A stretch of DNA of 32,000 nt, from positions 1-32,000 of the forward strand of contig NC_007181.1 in NCBI RefSeq assembly GCF_000012285.1, in the 5' to 3' direction. Below the pieces are notes generated by a model. The model saw only the letters and a program-made list of their open reading frames with translations, was not told the origin of the DNA and did not search any database. Below, one piece after another: positions 29,614 through 32,000 of the stretch. A program made the position numbers and the translations under genes. This DNA comes from Sulfolobus acidocaldarius DSM 639. Its GTDB lineage: Archaea > Thermoproteota > Thermoprotei_A > Sulfolobales > Sulfolobaceae. The first letter of the stretch is position 1; each line of letters starts with the position of its first letter.

Positions 29614-30108
29614 ATGCAAACCCAGTTCAATTTTATTTTAAATAAAACTGTTCATGTGATAAGAGAAGATGACTCTGTAAGATTTGCAGCAGAGGAAATG
29701 AAAAAACATAACATAGGCTCATTAATAGTAATAGATAATAGGGGTAAGGTCTCAGGTATAATAACCGAGAGAGATCTAGTAAGAGCTATTGCTGAAGGAA
29801 ATATAAACAGTACAGTAAGCAATTATATGACAAGAAATGTAATAGGGGTCACAGAGAATTTTGATCCTAATCAAGCCTTACAAGTAATGTTAGATCACGG
29901 GTTTAGGCATTTGCCTATAATAGGAAAAGATGGTAGAGTTAAAGGGATTCTAAGTATAAGGGATCTAGCAAGAACATTAATTGACCCGCACTATCTGACT
30001 TATGGTAAGGAGCCTGAGGAGGTTAGAGGTACAGGAATTGCATGCCCAGTTTGTGGAGTAGAGATAGACGAATACGGTTATTGTGGATGTGGTTCGGGTT
30101 CAGGGTAA
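29614..30108 (+). CDS. CBS-domain pair with C-terminal Zn-ribbon-like tail
   Basis: Two CBS motifs (GSLIVIDNRGKVSGIITERDLVRA; LPIIGKDGRVKGILSIRDLAR) then CPVCGVEIDEYGYCGCG. Confidence 0.9.
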   Translation: MQTQFNFILNKTVHVIREDDSVRFAAEEMKKHNIGSLIVIDNRGKVSGIITERDLVRAIAEGNINSTVSNYMTRNVIGVTENFDPNQALQVMLDHGFRHLPIIGKDGRVKGILSIRDLARTLIDPHYLTYGKEPEEVRGTGIACPVCGVEIDEYGYCGCGSGSG

Positions 30109-30139
30109 TTTTTTATCTTTGAAATCATTTTTTGATATT

Positions 30140-30481
30140 ATGATAATATTCTATGCGGTTGGTGAAAGAGACAGAGCTAAAGAGTTAGTTAGGATAATAA
30201 CTAAAACAAGATGGAAAACAGTCTCAAAACATGCGATTAAAATAGCTAGTTCATCTGTAAGTGCTTCTATAGTTCTTTTTAAACCAACAAAATCGGGATT
30301 AGCTGTTGCATTATGGTTAAAGCAAAAGGCTGAAGAGTTAGGAATGATAGCATCAGTTGGTTGGTTCACGGAGATCTCTGATGTACCGCCAGACGTTGAA
30401 GAAGCGGTAAAGACAGATTTAAACAAACTACTTATGAGAGAACTGGAAGTTCCCTGGTCTCCAAAAGTCGTTCAGTCTTGA
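30140..30481 (+). CDS. Hypothetical protein
   Basis: 113 aa from the preferred ATG at 30140 (tracked ORF begins 30083); 50-nt overlap with the convergent gene. Confidence 0.65.
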   Translation: MIIFYAVGERDRAKELVRIITKTRWKTVSKHAIKIASSSVSASIVLFKPTKSGLAVALWLKQKAEELGMIASVGWFTEISDVPPDVEEAVKTDLNKLLMRELEVPWSPKVVQS

Positions 30482-32000
30482 CTTGTAACGTCTCATCACT
30501 CTTTGTGATTATTACATAGTCCACTATTCCATTCAGGTACTTTAGTACTCTTGAGAACCTCTTCTGGTCGAATGTCATAAATGACTCATCAATTATGAAG
30601 AATGGCGCTTTGAAGTATTCCTTCAGCCCTACTAGAATAAGTATTAAAGCTAACGTGGTTTTTTCTGATGTTGACAGTCTTCTTAACTCCATGGTTACTC
30701 CATCTTTCTTTATTACTAATCTATACTTTTCATCTATCTCAGCAGTATAATTGAACTCTAATTCTTTCAATATACTATTCGATAATGTCTCAAATTCTTC
30801 CTTAACTACAGTTAATCTTCTTATATACTCTCTATTTATATCATCTATCTGTTTGTTTATATCATCTATTTGCTTCTTAAGGCTTTCAATCTCCTCTGCA
30901 ACCTTCTTAGGAATACCTAACTGCTGTAATTGAAGTTCTAAATCACTTCTCCTCTTTCTCAGTTCTTCAATTCTCTTGTCAATGTCATTATCTTTGCTCT
31001 CGACCTCATAAGTAGATTCTACTCTTTCTTCTAAACTCTTTAATTGTTTCTGCAAAGCCTCAATTGTTCTGTTTATTACACTTGCCTCAATATTCAGATT
31101 TTCCAGCGCTTTACTCTTTTGCGCAATTAACTCCTCAGTTCTTTCTATTTCTTTTACTTTCTGTAATAACTCGCTTCTTCTCATTTTTTTCTTGTTGATG
31201 TTGTTTATGATGTCATTCTTTGTACGGTCTAATTCATTAATATCCTTCTTTACGGTTTCAAACCTAACTTTCCATAAATCTGGCTCTACTTTACTTCCAC
31301 AAACTGGACACATACTGGAGTGTATTCTCTCCGCTTCTTGTATATCTTGTAATATTCTAGTTAATACACCTTGTTCAATCTCTATTGAGTTCTGTCTGTT
31401 AATTAGTGAGTCTAACTCTCTATCTATCTCCTGAATTTCTTTTGTTAATTTATCCTTTAATTCAATGTTAGCTTTTCCCTTAAGTTCCTCTAACTCTTGG
31501 GTTAGTTTTTGTATTTTAGTTTCTTTTTCTTTCAATTCTTTAATTTTAGCCTGTATACGTTCCCTTATTTCAACTATTCTATTCTGTCTTGTTATCTTTA
31601 TGGTCTGTTCCGTCTGTACCGTCACATTTTCCTTTTCCTTTTCGAGCCTTTCAATTTCCAGATTTATGTTCTCTAATTCATTAGCAATTTTCTTTATATC
31701 GTCATAAGTTCTCAAAAGATTGTTGTAGTTGCTCTTTACCTCTTCCAATTTCATGATCAGACTCTCTCTTCTTCGCTTTAACTCATCAATTCTTGATGTC
31801 GAAGATATAAACCACTCTATATTTTCGTCTCCTGTTATTATCCTGGCTATCAATGGGTTTTCAGGTGAGAAGTATGATAGTAATGTTGCGTTCTTGTCAT
31901 CGGCTATTAAATTCTTTTCTTCTAAAATTCTATTTTTTATTCTCTTTAGCCTTCTAAAATATTTCTTGCCGTCCATTTCAATCTCTACAAAACCTTCATC
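30432..32000 (-). CDS. Rad50/SMC-like coiled-coil ATPase, truncated by the window edge
   Basis: Long heptad coiled coil with one CPVCGSK hook; signature-like LSTSEKTTLALILILVGL; Walker B FFIIDESFMTFD. The frame stays open through 32000 (DEGFVEIE before the tracked Met), so the Walker A region lies outside. Confidence 0.85.
   Translation of the reverse strand, partial: DEGFVEIEMDGKKYFRRLKRIKNRILEEKNLIADDKNATLLSYFSPENPLIARIITGDENIEWFISSTSRIDELKRRRESLIMKLEEVKSNYNNLLRTYDDIKKIANELENINLEIERLEKEKENVTVQTEQTIKITRQNRIVEIRERIQAKIKELKEKETKIQKLTQELEELKGKANIELKDKLTKEIQEIDRELDSLINRQNSIEIEQGVLTRILQDIQEAERIHSSMCPVCGSKVEPDLWKVRFETVKKDINELDRTKNDIINNINKKKMRRSELLQKVKEIERTEELIAQKSKALENLNIEASVINRTIEALQKQLKSLEERVESTYEVESKDNDIDKRIEELRKRRSDLELQLQQLGIPKKVAEEIESLKKQIDDINKQIDDINREYIRRLTVVKEEFETLSNSILKELEFNYTAEIDEKYRLVIKKDGVTMELRRLSTSEKTTLALILILVGLKEYFKAPFFIIDESFMTFDQKRFSRVLKYLNGIVDYVIITKSDETLQVKTERLLETRELPVLS

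Noticed and set aside
30440-30500. Minus-strand GTGATGA followed by CTGA near the end of the Rad50-like gene
   Set aside because: The CTGA is too close (about 20 nt) for a two-guide sRNA and no internal C'/D' pair is present.
1-32000. Search by eye for CRISPR arrays, transposase or IS ends, toxin-antitoxin or other defence operons, tRNA and rRNA genes
   Set aside because: No regular spaced repeats, transposase motifs or T-loop/anticodon pattern seen. Nob1 has a PIN domain but its Zn ribbon indicates ribosome maturation, not a toxin. A tRNAscan/CRISPR finder run would be needed for certainty.

Overview
This is a gene-dense, AT-rich crenarchaeal chromosomal segment. Gene content and protein style point to Sulfolobus, most likely S. 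acidocaldarius or a close relative (inference; no search was run). It opens with a Cdc6/Orc1 initiator gene preceded by only about 100 bp, so a replication origin (possibly oriC2 type) may sit just outside the left edge. The rest is mostly housekeeping: a split glutamine-dependent NAD synthetase (nadE plus nitrilase), THEP1 NTPase, HemQ-like protein, Nudix hydrolase, endonuclease IV, HAD phosphatases, METTL5-like methyltransferase, HTH/Zn-ribbon regulator, CobT-like UPF0284 protein, nadA, class V aminotransferase, acyl-CoA synthetase, Nob1, NAD kinase, ferredoxin-NADP reductase, Trm5-like enzyme, DUF371, CRM/YhbY protein, RNase P Rpp21, Nep1, ITPase/XTPase, thioredoxin, DtdA, CBS/Zn-ribbon protein, and a short Rad50/SMC-like ATPase cut by the right edge. 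I found no CRISPR array, tRNA, rRNA, transposon or defence island. Best second-look items: (1) an untracked C/D box guide sRNA at about 2496-2556 with near-ideal geometry, whose C box overlaps a stop codon and whose two guides both complement a conserved 16S rRNA region; (2) the METTL5-like gene, whose ORF-track call starts after its SAM motif and which appears to initiate at an ATT codon behind a GAGGT motif; (3) an untracked 48-aa membrane microprotein ORF; (4) an arginine-deiminase-like protein that appears to have lost its catalytic residues; (5) a short Rad50-like ATPase with one CPVC hook motif; (6) a 77-nt same-strand overlap of rnp4 and the CRM-domain gene; (7) palindromes next to nadA and the wHTH gene.
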